A stretch of DNA of 64,000 bases from Lytechinus pictus (taxonomy: Eukaryota), in contig NC_087252.1 of the NCBI RefSeq assembly GCF_037042905.1, positions 7,628,001 to 7,692,000 of the forward strand, read 5' to 3'. The notes under the pieces were generated by a model. It saw nothing but the letters and a program-made list of their open reading frames with translations. It searched no databases and was not told the DNA's origin. The first letter of the stretch is position 1; each line of letters begins with the position of its first letter. Made by a program: the position numbers and the translations under genes. Positions 13,063 through 24,243 of the stretch are shown piece after piece.

Positions 13063-13470
13063 ATGGCACTGGTCCGACGGTCCCAGACCAGTAAATATTG
13101 CTGTCGGGCCAGTAACTTTTCAGAAATAGCCAGATTTAATGGTCTGACATGACCAGTTAAATATATCAAACTATCAATATAAATGATATTTTCTCCTCCT
13201 TAATAAATAATAAAAATGGCATTCCAAAATTGAGAAATGGTTCCCATGAATTATGTTGTGTGTATGTGTGTACTGTTTGTTAGTAAGTTTGTTTTTTTTT
13301 GGGGGGGGGGTTGTAATAAAAGCAATAAAAGACAGCAAAATAAACAAGTCTTTATTTTGGCAGACAAGTAAATTTTAGGTTTGGACCGGTAAAAATGGAA
13401 AAACTGGGTATCTACTGGTCTGACATGAACAGGTTGGACCAGTAGAAAAAAGGGTTAGTGTGGAGCCCTG
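13063..13470. mobile_element. Truncated copy of the CAGGG-TIR family seen at 54940-57153
   Basis: Ends GGACCAGTAGAAAAAAGGGTTAGTGTGGAGCCCTG, the reverse complement of the 54940 terminus; GGACCAGTA subrepeats. Confidence 0.65.
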
Positions 13471-13627
13471 AGTAGCATACACTATTTCTGCTAAAATGTG
13501 GTTTGTGTTGAATATGAATGAAAGTGCCCTGGATAATCATAAACATCATTACTTTTTTAATGATGGGTTTATTCTATCAACAGAAAAATGAAAAACACAA
13601 AGAAAATATTAATGAAGTACTTGTTAC

Positions 13628-13847
13628 CATGGTATATTGAGCTCAGCATTGAAAGTCCAGGGCCAGTGTGTGGAGCAGGGAATGCTCGGAGAGGTTGATC
13701 TACGGCAAACTCAGGCTGATGTTGTGAGGTTGGGTGGTATGGTAGATCCATGGGGTAGGGAGTAACATGTTGCTGATGTTGCTGGGAATGTCTTTCTTGT
13801 TGGTTCCTTTCTGGGCAGTAGAAATCTGGTGGGTAATTACCGTCCAT
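13628..13847 (-). CDS. Paralog A first coding exon (Q/P/H-rich N-terminus)
   Basis: ACCATGG Kozak context, MDGNYPPDFYCPERNQQ..., CATG|gtaac donor; nearly identical peptide at 38251-38470. Confidence 0.85.
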
Positions 13848-13861
13848 GGTTCAAGCTATCT

Positions 13862-16800
13862 GGTCATTTTCAAACATAAGTGGACATGGGGGTGAAAATT
13901 AAAACCTGCTAGAAATCAGTAGGCTTCAATGGTTTTTGAAACTAGACATGTCAAAGTATTTTTTTCCATTTCAGTTACACAAAATTATTTGTTGTGTCTT
14001 GAAATACAGTGAATTTACTGCAAGGGAAATTTAATGTTACAAAATGCTGATTTTTGCATTAAAATTAACATATTGCCTATCACAATATAAAATTTGTACT
14101 AGAAGCATATTTGTTGGCAAGATACAAGCTCTGTATTTTATCTAACTCCTAAACAACAACAAAAAATTATCTGAAGTCTTTTTCTGAAAAAAGTAGATCT
14201 TTAAAGTTTTCAAAACTGGTTGTCGTGTCACTCACGTTTTAAAGACAAAAAGTTTTCTAGAGCTGTGTATTCTGAAAATTAATTCACCCCAGTACAGGAG
14301 CAAATACAGTTTTCCCTTACCTTATTGTATATAAAGTAACTTGGTCCAAAGTGTTAAGGTTAAACTAAAATTAACTGCTAAAGTTGTGTCGTGTCACTCA
14401 CAATGTCGTGTCGCTCACGAAATGTCGTGTCACTCACGGTCTCATATTGTGTATAAAAAAGGACATCGAATAATTTTTAAAGCATTTTACGAGATGAATT
14501 CAGGGATGGAGTCAAAATGTTGATCCTGACATCATTTAGGCCTATGTAAGGCTAATATTTTTTTCCATTTTCTCATCTTCACCCCTATCAATGGAAATAT
14601 TGAATTTGACGTTTAGTTCATCTATTTTCTTTCCTCTCCAAGGTTTCCTCAGTTTTAAAAATCCTGACAACTTTCCATTTGTGTGAAGACCCAGATCCTA
14701 ATTCATATTTTAATGATGTATTGAGATAAAAGAAAATACTAACATAATCAATCAACACAAAATTATGAATATATCAAGAGAAAACCCACTATACATAGTA
14801 ATGAACATATTTACAGTGCATAAAGATTTGGTGATGGTTCAAGTTAGTCAGGTATGACTTGAACATTCTGTCTCCATTTACAGAAATGAGCAGAGCGTTC
14901 ACCTATCTTTTTAGGAATGTTATTTCTTTGTCTTACTAATTAAAGGAAGGTTTAAAGCTAGCAAGGTCAGGGATCTTATTTCGAAATTTGCAGAAATAGA
15001 TAAAATATTATAATGGTAGAAAATGTATGAAGAGATCTCCGTGAACACCAAACATTCTTTCAAAATCAGAAAAAAATCTTTCCCTTCTGATTAATTAAAA
15101 TTAATCTTTTTTGCCACAAAGCTTGTATTCAAGGACATGAAATAAACCAATTTTTTGCAAGAACATCTCAGGTGAGAATATACTGAGATTTAAAAGAGCA
15201 TTTTGGATATTGCTTGAAGTAGCTACATGCCTGGTTCAAAATCATTCTTTTTTTGGCCACCATTCGTACCACTAGTGATGAACTAGGGTCTGCACAGCAA
15301 ACTACCGTGAGTGGGCCGATGTGGGTTCAGAGCAGATTTGCATTACACACAACAAATTGATAGAGTAAATTATGTATATGTAGGTCCCAACAAGTCCCAA
15401 CCAAGACCGAATTTGTATTTGAGCAACTTTGGTGAGTTGCCGTGTTTTCACGTAGATCAATTTTTCTTGGGGGGTACCCTGGTTAGAACTGAGCTGGACC
15501 TCAGGAAAAAGCTATGCCATATGGAGGTATAGGGGGAGTATTTGATGGTTTGGGATGCTGAATTGAATTTCAGTGTAACATCCAAGGGCTCATCAAAGGA
15601 AAGGCTAATGAATTGTAGTTGTAGATAATACCAACAGACTGTACTGTGGCTTTTTGCAAGAATCAGGTACTGACTATGCATCTTTCACCTCGTGGCTTTC
15701 CATGTATTACCCATGGTTTGGTTTATTATCAAATATGATAATTAGCAATGAAAAGCAGCTTGCAAGATTCCTGCTGAAAATCATAGCTCTGAATTTTGGT
15801 ACAGTGCCTTTGGAGGGGTCCACATACAAGCAGTGTTCAGGAGAAAACCAATGCTTGATGAGTTGAACTTGATCCCTATTAAAGTTTCTCAAGGATTTGC
15901 TAATAGTCCATCTGAAGTGTGCAGCCAAGTAACTGTGGTTTGGTACTGTAGTGTACAAAAAAAAAAAATTGAAGCTGCCAAGTCCTATTAGGACAATGCC
16001 TAAATATTTAAGGAGGATAATTTGTAATCCAATATTTCAAGAAAAAGGAGTCATACATGACATCATTGGCTACCAGACCATGCCAGATGATGCGAGTGAC
16101 TATTGAAAATACCTTTCTTACAAGGAAAAATTATTCCATCAGTTGTGGATGCTGAATTGTAAACCTGTAAACTGTCATATACAGATAGGGAGAAAGAGTT
16201 AAAAGTTTTGAATGAAATCAGGCCACAAAAATAATGTTTGAGTTGATGTCAATGCCAAGACCACATAACACCTCCTCCAAGTGCCTCCTCCTCTAAAGAG
16301 GAGAGTGGTAGAAGCCCGAGTGTGACAATAATGCGGTATGGTATAGGGAATGTGAGTTGATGGGCAAATATGACCATAATCCAAGAATAAATCATTAGGA
16401 TGACACATTATCAACTTTGAAGAAGGCAGTTGTTATGTAATTAAGCTTGTTTTTGGTTGATGGGATTTCACTCTTGTACATCATGCCAAAAATACTTTCG
16501 TTGTTGAGATAAATGTTGTATTTTTGCACTTGTCGTGTCACTCACGTTTTGGATGTCGTGTCACTCACGGTATATAGGAGGGCACCATTTTCCATAGAGA
16601 AGGTTTGATTGATTCTGACTATATGTACTAGATAGGTACACTATTTACATACATGTATGGGTACTCACAGTACTCCTGGACAGCTACTTGGGCACGAATC
16701 CAATCATAAGTGATAATGGTCAGAAACCCATGTCCAAAATTTGTCGTGTCACTCACGCATCATTTTTCAATCATATCTTCTAAACAAATTGTAGAATTCA

Positions 16801-16938
16801 AATCAAACTGGAAGTGGCCCATGCCAGTCCTACATTGTATATAATATAGTAGTCATGATGGATTCATAACCTTTAAGTTTAAAGATATGAGCCCTTAACC
16901 CTCTCCGATTGTCGTGTCACTCACGTTTGAAAATGACC
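13862..16938. mobile_element. 3.1-kb decayed DNA transposon, 4-bp TSD, superfamily unassigned
   Basis: TIR GGTCATTTTCAAAC / GTTTGAAAATGACC; TSD ATCT at 13858-13861 and 16939-16942; ~8 subterminal copies of TGTCGTGTCACTCACG; no intact ORF. Confidence 0.8.
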
Positions 16939-17220
16939 ATCTGTAAGATGAAAAAAAGATGGAACTGCTGTCTTGCATTGCAGAAATGGAAAAGAATGTC
17001 ACAACAAAACTCTTTATAATGATTATACCTGTCTAGACTTTAAATGGACTCTGACTTGTAAGAGCAACCTCGAGTTACAACTGGAGACCTGATGTGCATA
17101 TTTGCAAGAGGATAAATGAAACAACATCAACAAATATATAACATTCCCCCCAAAAATTTTGTCTCACTGAAGTCAGCCCATTGTTTTGTGTATGGACGAC
17201 AACAAAAAATCCTTTAATAA

Positions 17221-17821
17221 AGGTCAGGTCCATCCCAGAAAAATGTTGATTTGAATAAATAGAGAAAAATCAAACTACCATGATGTTGAAAATTTCATCA
17301 AAATCGGATGTAAAATAAGAAAGTTATGACATTTCAAAGTTTCGCTTATTTTTTTACAAAATAGTTATATGCACAACTCAATGACATGCAAATGAGACAG
17401 TCGAGATGATGTCCCTCACTCACTAATTCTTTTGTTTTTTATTATTTGAATTATGCAATATTTCATTTTTTACAGATTTGACAACAAGGGTTAAATAGGC
17501 TGAACCATATAGTACCTAAAGTAATGCTAATTCCACACGTTCAGTGAGGAATTTATCTTTGTTTCACCTGACAATGAGGACAAAATTAGAATATTTATAT
17601 AATAAAATACAAAAAAAATATTGAGTGGATGACGTCATCAATCACCTCATTTGCATACCGACCAGGGTGTGCATAACAACTGCTTTGTGAAGTTAAGCAA
17701 AACTTTAAAATGTCACAACTTTCTTATTTTACATCCAATATTGATGAAATTTTCAGTGCTGTGGTCATTGGATTTTTCTCTTTTAATTCAAATCAACTTT
17801 TCTTTGGGTTGGACTTGTCCT
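17221..17821. mobile_element. Kolobok-like MITE, family 3
   Basis: AGGTCAGGTCCATCCC...GGGTTGGACTTGTCCT|TTAA. Confidence 0.78.
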
Positions 17822-18039
17822 TTAATATGTAAATGAAAATAGGTGTCTTTAAAATAGATGGTGAAAAGGGATAATTTTTTCATGAGGAATCTGCTTTTCA
17901 CATTCCCATTTTCCGCCAAATTAATCCTTTTGTAATAAATGTATTAAAACAAAGAAAACTAGTCTCCCAAACTGGAGACTGTCTAGAGCTTTCCTTTTTT
18001 AATACCAAAATTCTTTACAAAATTCTGTGATATTGGGAA

Positions 18040-18483
18040 TGAAAGAAAGCCAATTTCAGACTGGTTTGCAGTGGTAAAGGTATTTTAATCCATGAAAGAC
18101 AGCCTCGCGCCCACACCTCTCAGTATCTCTGGTTTAATGCACTCTGGTAATTACAGTATTGTTATGTTGAGTTGTACTTTGACTGAAACTAACACGGGAA
18201 GACAACCTTCTTCTTCAAAAGCTCAATCTCTTCTGCCCTCTTCCCGCCAATTTGTGCTCTAGCTAGCTTCAAAAGAAAACCTCCTACAGCTATTGGGGGG
18301 TACATTATTGCTACCCCCAACTGACTCTTGATTGGTCAAGAGATCAACCCAGCCAAGTATATCCAGGGATGCTTAAATGCATACCTGAATACACTTTGAA
18401 CAATAGCCATTGTTCACCAAACTACAGCAAATTTAAATAGCCTGATGCAACCCAATGGGGGTAGCCATTTTCACATTACAACA
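18040..18483 (-). repeat. 3' LTR
   Basis: Direct repeat of 24244-24687 with no differences seen by eye; preceded on the minus strand by a purine tract GGGGGGAAA. Confidence 0.95.
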
Positions 18484-18821
18484 AATTTCCCCCCAATTAA
18501 TGAAATTGCCTGGCAATACATTAATTAAGCAATAAATAATTCAAACCGCCAATCACAAAATGACAAAATATTAAAAAATATACATACATGTATGATAACA
18601 TCTGTTTGCAGTCAATTATGGTAATTATGACAATAACTGGTAGTAACCTGGTAGATAAGGCAATAGAAAAATCAAAATACATGTAGCGAATCACAAATAT
18701 CAAAATAAATAGAAACATTTGTTTGTTGTCAACCAAAATAATAACTTTTGACGATAACCGGTCAAAAAAAAAAAAAATGAGCTTCTTGTTGTTCCCCCCT
18801 TATGGGGGAGACGACTTCCTC

Positions 18822-21800
18822 TTACGACTTTAGCACAGAACGAGGGAGATGATTCAGGTTACTATGGATCCCTTTATTTATTCGGCTCGAACGCCGAGGA
18901 CCATCACATGCATGTGCATCTGGTGACTGTACGACTGACTGGTCACCTGGGTGTGTTGAATCCCAAACAAAGATCAATGGGAGTTGTTCCTCATTACCAG
19001 CATCTTTGGCTTGGACCGTTATTGGGTCTTCGCACTTTTCATGCTGAAGGGAAGAGTCCTCAAATCCGCAAGGCATTCCATCATCCCTGGGGTCCTTGAC
19101 GAGGAGTTTTCGATTCACTCTCATCATGCGACCACCCAACAATGGGCGGATTTCATACACGTCATCTGACATGTTTACCTTGGTAATGACATAGGGGTTG
19201 TTGTCAAATTTATCGGCCAGTTTATGCCTTCCGGTGAATGCACACTTTTTTAGGAGGACTCTAGTGCCAACTTTCAAGGGGTCACTCATTGGCAGTGCAT
19301 CATGTCTTAGCTTCTCAGTCTGGAGTGTTGAAGAAATATTACTCTTAGCAGCCTCATGCGCCTGTTGAAGAGATATGGATTGCTCCTTGACATACTCTTC
19401 ATTCCAGTCTCCATGCATATTTCCTAGTAGTTGATCAAGAGGTGTGTATGGCTCTCTGCCATACAACAGATGAAAGGGTGAAAAACGTGTCACTTTATGT
19501 GGAGTGTAGTTGTTAAGTGACACTAGATGGCCTATAACATCTGGCCACTGTCGTCGCTCTGATGAGGGAAGGGATCGGATCATTGCACAGAGAGTTCGAT
19601 TGAACCTCTCAGTCTGACCGTTCCCTTGAGGGTGATACGGGGTCGTTCTTGATTTAGTGATTCCATACAACTGGCACAATTCACGTATGATAGCACTCTC
19701 AAAGTTTCTCCCCTGATCGGAATGGATCCTCAGGGGAACACCATAGTGTGCAAACCAGTGGGTCTGAAGAGCCTTGGCAACAGTAATTGCTGTCTGATCC
19801 TTACATGGTATAGCCTGTGCATACTTCGTAAATGCGTCTGTGACTATCAATACATCTTCATAGCCACCCTTCCCTTTGTCAAGTTTCAAGAAATCAATGG
19901 CCACAAGCTCCATTGGTTTGAATGCGAGAAGATGACGTCTTGGGGTGCGGATTGTAGGAGTTGGTGCTTTCGATTTGATACACGCAAAGCACTTTCGTAC
20001 ATGTTCTTTCACATCTTGATATAGTCCAGGCCAGAAGCATCGGTTGCGTAACACTCCGATAGTCCTATCTACTCCTTGGTGACCCCATTCGTCATGAGCC
20101 ATCTCCAGCATCCGTTTCCTCAACTTCTTTGGAGTGAGAAATTGCTTGGTTGATGTCTCATTAGCCTGTGGGGATCGACGATACAGTATACCATTCTCCT
20201 CCACTATGTGAGTATATTCCTTGAACCAGGATTTCACTTCTGAATTTTCTGTGTTCAGAATGTCTCCAGGTTTCCATCCTGATTGCCAACTCTTGCAAAG
20301 AACAGATAGTGTGTCATCTTCTTGTTGCATAGATGCTAACTGCTGCGGTGAGTACGAAGGAAACACACATGGGACTGGTTTGGGAGATAAGTCCTGTTCC
20401 CCATCTTTGTCAACTACTTCTTCCGGGAGGATAGTGCTAACAGTTACCTCACCAATGATACCCTTGACCTCTTCCTCATTCTTTCCAGGATACCTACTCA
20501 GTGCATCTGCACAGCGATTTAGTCTCCCTGGTCTGTACCTGATCTCGAGGTTGAAGGGGGCAAGCTGCGCAGCCCATCTCTGCTCCGTAGCGCCAAGTTG
20601 TGCTGTCTGTAGGTGAGCAAGGGGGTTGTTATCGGTGAGCACAATGCATCTGGATCCCATCAGATAACCTTTGAATTTTTCAGCTACTGCCCACTTAAGG
20701 GCCAAGAGTTCAATTTTGAAGCTAGAAAAATCTGGATACCTCACTTCTGCTCCCCGTAGACTACGACTAGCAAATGCTATTGGATGCCGTTGACCATCCT
20801 CTCCAGTCTGCGATAGGCAGGCTCCGAGGCCCTTTGAAGAAGCATCCACCTCTAAGGTGAATTCTTGACCAAATCGTGGATAAGCAAGGATAGGGGTTGT
20901 CGTTAGTTTGTCCTTCATCACTTGAAATGAATCATCAGCCTCCTCAGTCCACTCAAACTTCATATCATCTTGACATTTGCTGCTCGAGTGTCTCTTTCCC
21001 GCTTTTGAGGATGTCTTGGCTCCAATCAGAGAATGGAGAGGGGCAGCAATTTTAGCAAACTCGGGAACAAATCTCCGATAATAAGACGCAAGTCCTAAGA
21101 ACGATCGGAGTTCAGATGAAGTCTTGGGAGTTGGCCAATTTGCGACACGTTCTACCTTCCTTGGATCCACCATTACTCCCTTGTCACTGACGATGTGTCC
21201 CAGGTGTGTTAATTCTTTCTGAAAGAACTGGCATTTCTCTCCCCTCAATTTGAGGCCATGTTTATTGAGTCTGTCGAACACTTCCTCCAATGTTGCCAAG
21301 TGCTCCTCAAGTGTTTTCGAGAAGACAAGAATGTCGTCAAGATACAAGATAAGCTGTCTAAAGTTCAGGTCTCCAAATATCAGTTCCATTATGCGTTGAA
21401 AGGTGCAGGGACTGTTACAGAGGCCTTGAGGCATCCTTCCAAATTCGAAAAGCCCCCAGGGCACCCGAAAAGCAGTTAGGGGGATTGAATCAGGATGCAT
21501 GGCCACTTGATAATAACCATGAGAGAGATCAAGTGATGTGAAGTACTTTGCACCTTCCATTGCTTCCAAGGACTCATCTATCCGAGGCAAGGGAAAGGAA
21601 TCCTTTACAGTTATTGCATTAAGCTGGCGATAGTCTATGCAAAGACGAATGGCCCCCGACTTCTTTCTCACCAGTACTACAGGACTGGCATAGGGACTTG
21701 ATGAGCGTTTGATGATTTTTCTATCTAGCATGTCTTGCAGCAACTTTCGAACTTCTTCGGTTTCCCCAGGAGAAATCCTCCTATAAGGCATGCGTATGGA

Positions 21801-21995
21801 TTTGTCAGCAATCGTTTTGATCTCATGAGGGATGAGATCACAGTACCCTAGATCAAATTCCCCGTTTGAGAAGGCACCAATGTTCTGTGAAAGGAGTACT
21901 GCTATTTGGCTGGCTTCCTCATATGGCATTCCTTCCAAGCTTATGCCAGCTGGCAATCTTGCTACGCCTCCATCTTTGAATCTGAATTCAGATAC
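18822..21995 (-). CDS. pol: Pol: reverse transcriptase, RNase H, integrase
   Basis: RLCIDYRQLN, MPQGL, YLDD (RT); VDAS, ELLAL, TDNNPL (RNase H); H-x4-H...C-x2-C, AIDF, HSDQG, TERFN (integrase); frame open from just after the TGA at 21996. Confidence 0.95.
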   Translation of the reverse strand, partial: VSEFRFKDGGVARLPAGISLEGMPYEEASQIAVLLSQNIGAFSNGEFDLGYCDLIPHEIKTIADKSIRMPYRRISPGETEEVRKLLQDMLDRKIIKRSSSPYASPVVLVRKKSGAIRLCIDYRQLNAITVKDSFPLPRIDESLEAMEGAKYFTSLDLSHGYYQVAMHPDSIPLTAFRVPWGLFEFGRMPQGLCNSPCTFQRIMELIFGDLNFRQLILYLDDILVFSKTLEEHLATLEEVFDRLNKHGLKLRGEKCQFFQKELTHLGHIVSDKGVMVDPRKVERVANWPTPKTSSELRSFLGLASYYRRFVPEFAKIAAPLHSLIGAKTSSKAGKRHSSSKCQDDMKFEWTEEADDSFQVMKDKLTTTPILAYPRFGQEFTLEVDASSKGLGACLSQTGEDGQRHPIAFASRSLRGAEVRYPDFSSFKIELLALKWAVAEKFKGYLMGSRCIVLTDNNPLAHLQTAQLGATEQRWAAQLAPFNLEIRYRPGRLNRCADALSRYPGKNEEEVKGIIGEVTVSTILPEEVVDKDGEQDLSPKPVPCVFPSYSPQQLASMQQEDDTLSVLCKSWQSGWKPGDILNTENSEVKSWFKEYTHIVEENGILYRRSPQANETSTKQFLTPKKLRKRMLEMAHDEWGHQGVDRTIGVLRNRCFWPGLYQDVKEHVRKCFACIKSKAPTPTIRTPRRHLLAFKPMELVAIDFLKLDKGKGGYEDVLIVTDAFTKYAQAIPCKDQTAITVAKALQTHWFAHYGVPLRIHSDQGRNFESAIIRELCQLYGITKSRTTPYHPQGNGQTERFNRTLCAMIRSLPSSERRQWPDVIGHLVSLNNYTPHKVTRFSPFHLLYGREPYTPLDQLLGNMHGDWNEEYVKEQSISLQQAHEAAKSNISSTLQTEKLRHDALPMSDPLKVGTRVLLKKCAFTGRHKLADKFDNNPYVITKVNMSDDVYEIRPLLGGRMMRVNRKLLVKDPRDDGMPCGFEDSSLQHEKCEDPITVQAKDAGNEEQLPLIFVWDSTHPGDQSVVQSPDAHACDGPRRSSRINKGIHSNLNHLPRSVLKS

Positions 21996-23006
21996 TCATC
22001 TGTACTGGTTAGTTGATATCTGTTCCCGTATCACCTCTTCATGCTCAACGGCGTCACAAGCCACGTTATCATTAGCAGTAGAGGTTATAATCTCATGAAT
22101 GTCCACTTCGATTGAGCTCTCTACCAACTTTACACATACTTCTTTGCGTGATTCCATCAAAGACGCAGATGCCAAATTCGAGTGAGGTGGTATGGTTACT
22201 TCAACTTCTCCAACATTAGCAACAAGAATATCCACTGTGTGATCCCCAGAGATGCAACCTTCTATCACTTCAAGGAAAGGTATTGATGCTTCCGAGTTAG
22301 CTTGTTTCACAAGCCACACATCATCTGACTTGTCTCCCTTGTTCTCGACCTGGGAACGATCCAAATGACACTGCATATGTCGGACTGTCCTTGGTGCAAT
22401 CACCACCTGTTGTGACCCACTCACAACATGCTGTGTCCTTATCTGTTTCGTCTCACTCGCAAGATTTAGACAAGCCTTCGTTAACTCAAGGTCATCCATT
22501 TCCTCACCTAAAAGTGGTCTTAATCCATTGCTGCCAATAAGTATTGGAAACTCTTGTCGTTTGCCATAAGTTGACATCTTCTGTCCAATCAGAAATCCAA
22601 CCACAGCTTCATGATCATCGATGCACACTCGGGCACGTACATACCCTTCAACTGGCACTTCAGTTCCCGAGATTCCAGTGATTTTTACTAAGGTTTCTAG
22701 CTTTTCAGGGCACCCAATTGCTGTTGTGAACTGAGAATGGAACACATCAGAAGGGATGATTGACACTTCTGACCCAGTGTCTAAGATGCATCCAACATTA
22801 ACACCAGCAACATTGGCTATTACTGTGGGGCTGGATGACACCAAAAGGTCCTTGATATTCAAATTGGTGCCCTTCTCCTTAGCCTTTCCATCTGTCCCTT
22901 TTCCCGGGCTTTCAGTCCCTGTGTTGGCACACATGAAGTGGTCACTGGCCATGGGCTTTTGGTTCCTGAACCCCACCGTTTCGCCCTCAACAATGGAGCT
23001 AGTTAG
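21996..23006 (-). CDS. Retroviral-type aspartic protease ORF, in the -1 frame relative to gag and in frame with RT
   Basis: ILDTGS catalytic motif and ILIGSN; frame open from the slippery site to the TGA at 21998-21996. Confidence 0.88.
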   Translation of the reverse strand, partial: LTSSIVEGETVGFRNQKPMASDHFMCANTGTESPGKGTDGKAKEKGTNLNIKDLLVSSSPTVIANVAGVNVGCILDTGSEVSIIPSDVFHSQFTTAIGCPEKLETLVKITGISGTEVPVEGYVRARVCIDDHEAVVGFLIGQKMSTYGKRQEFPILIGSNGLRPLLGEEMDDLELTKACLNLASETKQIRTQHVVSGSQQVVIAPRTVRHMQCHLDRSQVENKGDKSDDVWLVKQANSEASIPFLEVIEGCISGDHTVDILVANVGEVEVTIPPHSNLASASLMESRKEVCVKLVESSIEVDIHEIITSTANDNVACDAVEHEEVIREQISTNQYR

Positions 23007-23012
23007 TTTCCC
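22950..23012 (-). promoter_or_regulatory. -1 programmed ribosomal frameshift signal (G GGA AAC plus predicted pseudoknot)
   Basis: Slippery heptamer at 23012-23006 just before the gag TAA; 5-nt spacer; stem AGCTCCATTGTT/AACGGTGGGGTT; loop GGGC can pair with downstream GCCC. Confidence 0.8.
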
Positions 23013-23935
23013 GAATCTTCAATGACTGTTGTCCCAGCAGACATTTGCGGACAATTCCTTATGTAATGTCCCATTTTATGGCACTTGTAACATGCGTCAT
23101 TGTTCAATGATCTCTTCTTACCAGTTTTTAATCTGCGCACTGTTTCATTTAGTGATGTCACATCTGTCTTTAGTCTTTCAACTTCAGACAAAATTGCCTT
23201 CTGTTGTTCTAGTATCTCCTTAAGGGTGCTTTGTTCAGACTTTGCTGTGGTTGTTGCTGTATGGACAAACTCTGACTCCACCTCTCTAGCTCTAGGTTTT
23301 ACAAAGGACATTGGTGCTTCTTGAAACAACCGTAGAGCTTCACTACGCACTGCACTGAAACCAGATTTTCCATGGTCAAGCTGGATACGTCGAAGTTCAC
23401 GCCTAACAGAGGCATCGCGTGCTCCATTAACAAATTGGTCACACAACGCATGATCCTTCAACTGTGTAAGGGCAGCTCGATCTTCCTTTTCTGCAGATTT
23501 CACCATCCTGCAATAGGTTCGCAAAAGTGATCTACTAAAGTCGCAAAGAGATTCTCCATCGTATTGCTTGCGATTGTGAAATTCACTGCTAAGAGTTTGG
23601 GTTGTCTCTTGATATCCAAAACACAGTTTAAGGGCAGTCACAACTTCGTCGAAATCATGTCGTTTTTCATCCTGTAAGCACATAACTTCCTCTCGTGCTG
23701 AGCCTTCGAGATGATCAAGAAGTAATCTGGCCTTCTCGATGTTTGACAAATTGAATTGAGCTGTGACTTCCTCAAACTCTTCAAGCCATTCTGGAAGTGA
23801 AAGCTCACCCACACGTTCAGGATGCCCCTTAAACTTTGATAGGTGGCTCTGCGAGATTCCTTGCAGTCCCATTGATCGACGAAAGAATTGAGTCATCATA
23901 TCTGTGTCAAGGGTTTGTCCTGACGTAGCATTCAT
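23003..23935 (-). CDS. gag: Gag with CCHC zinc knuckle
   Basis: 310-aa ORF after the PBS; CYKCHKMGHYIRNC; LCDQFVNG capsid-like motif. Confidence 0.92.
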   Translation of the reverse strand: MNATSGQTLDTDMMTQFFRRSMGLQGISQSHLSKFKGHPERVGELSLPEWLEEFEEVTAQFNLSNIEKARLLLDHLEGSAREEVMCLQDEKRHDFDEVVTALKLCFGYQETTQTLSSEFHNRKQYDGESLCDFSRSLLRTYCRMVKSAEKEDRAALTQLKDHALCDQFVNGARDASVRRELRRIQLDHGKSGFSAVRSEALRLFQEAPMSFVKPRAREVESEFVHTATTTAKSEQSTLKEILEQQKAILSEVERLKTDVTSLNETVRRLKTGKKRSLNNDACYKCHKMGHYIRNCPQMSAGTTVIEDSGN

Positions 23936-24224
23936 AGTGAAAGTAAGGCACTAATACAAATTAAAGGCACAGTTTGAAAGTAATAGGTATTGATACAACT
24001 GAAAGATTAGCTTAATTGTCACAACAGAGTTATATAATTCAGAATACTCAAAGTTCAAACCCGCCGTTAGTTTCCAGTGAACCGAGGCTGTCTCTTCACT
24101 TTCGCTACACAAAGTCCTAAAGTTTTTATCCGTTGATTCCACATTAGCTCCTGATCTTAATACCCCATCGCAACAGTCTTGGTATTGCGTAGATCCTTTG
24201 ATGAACTTGGTGGACAAAGCATCA

Positions 24225-24242
24225 ATCCCACTTCTGACACCA
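24225..24242 (-). promoter_or_regulatory. Primer-binding site, tRNA-Leu type
   Basis: TGGTGTCAGAAGTGGGAT one base from the 5' LTR, complementary to a tRNA-Leu 3' end ATCCCACTTCTGACACCA. Confidence 0.85.
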
Positions 24243-24243
24243 A

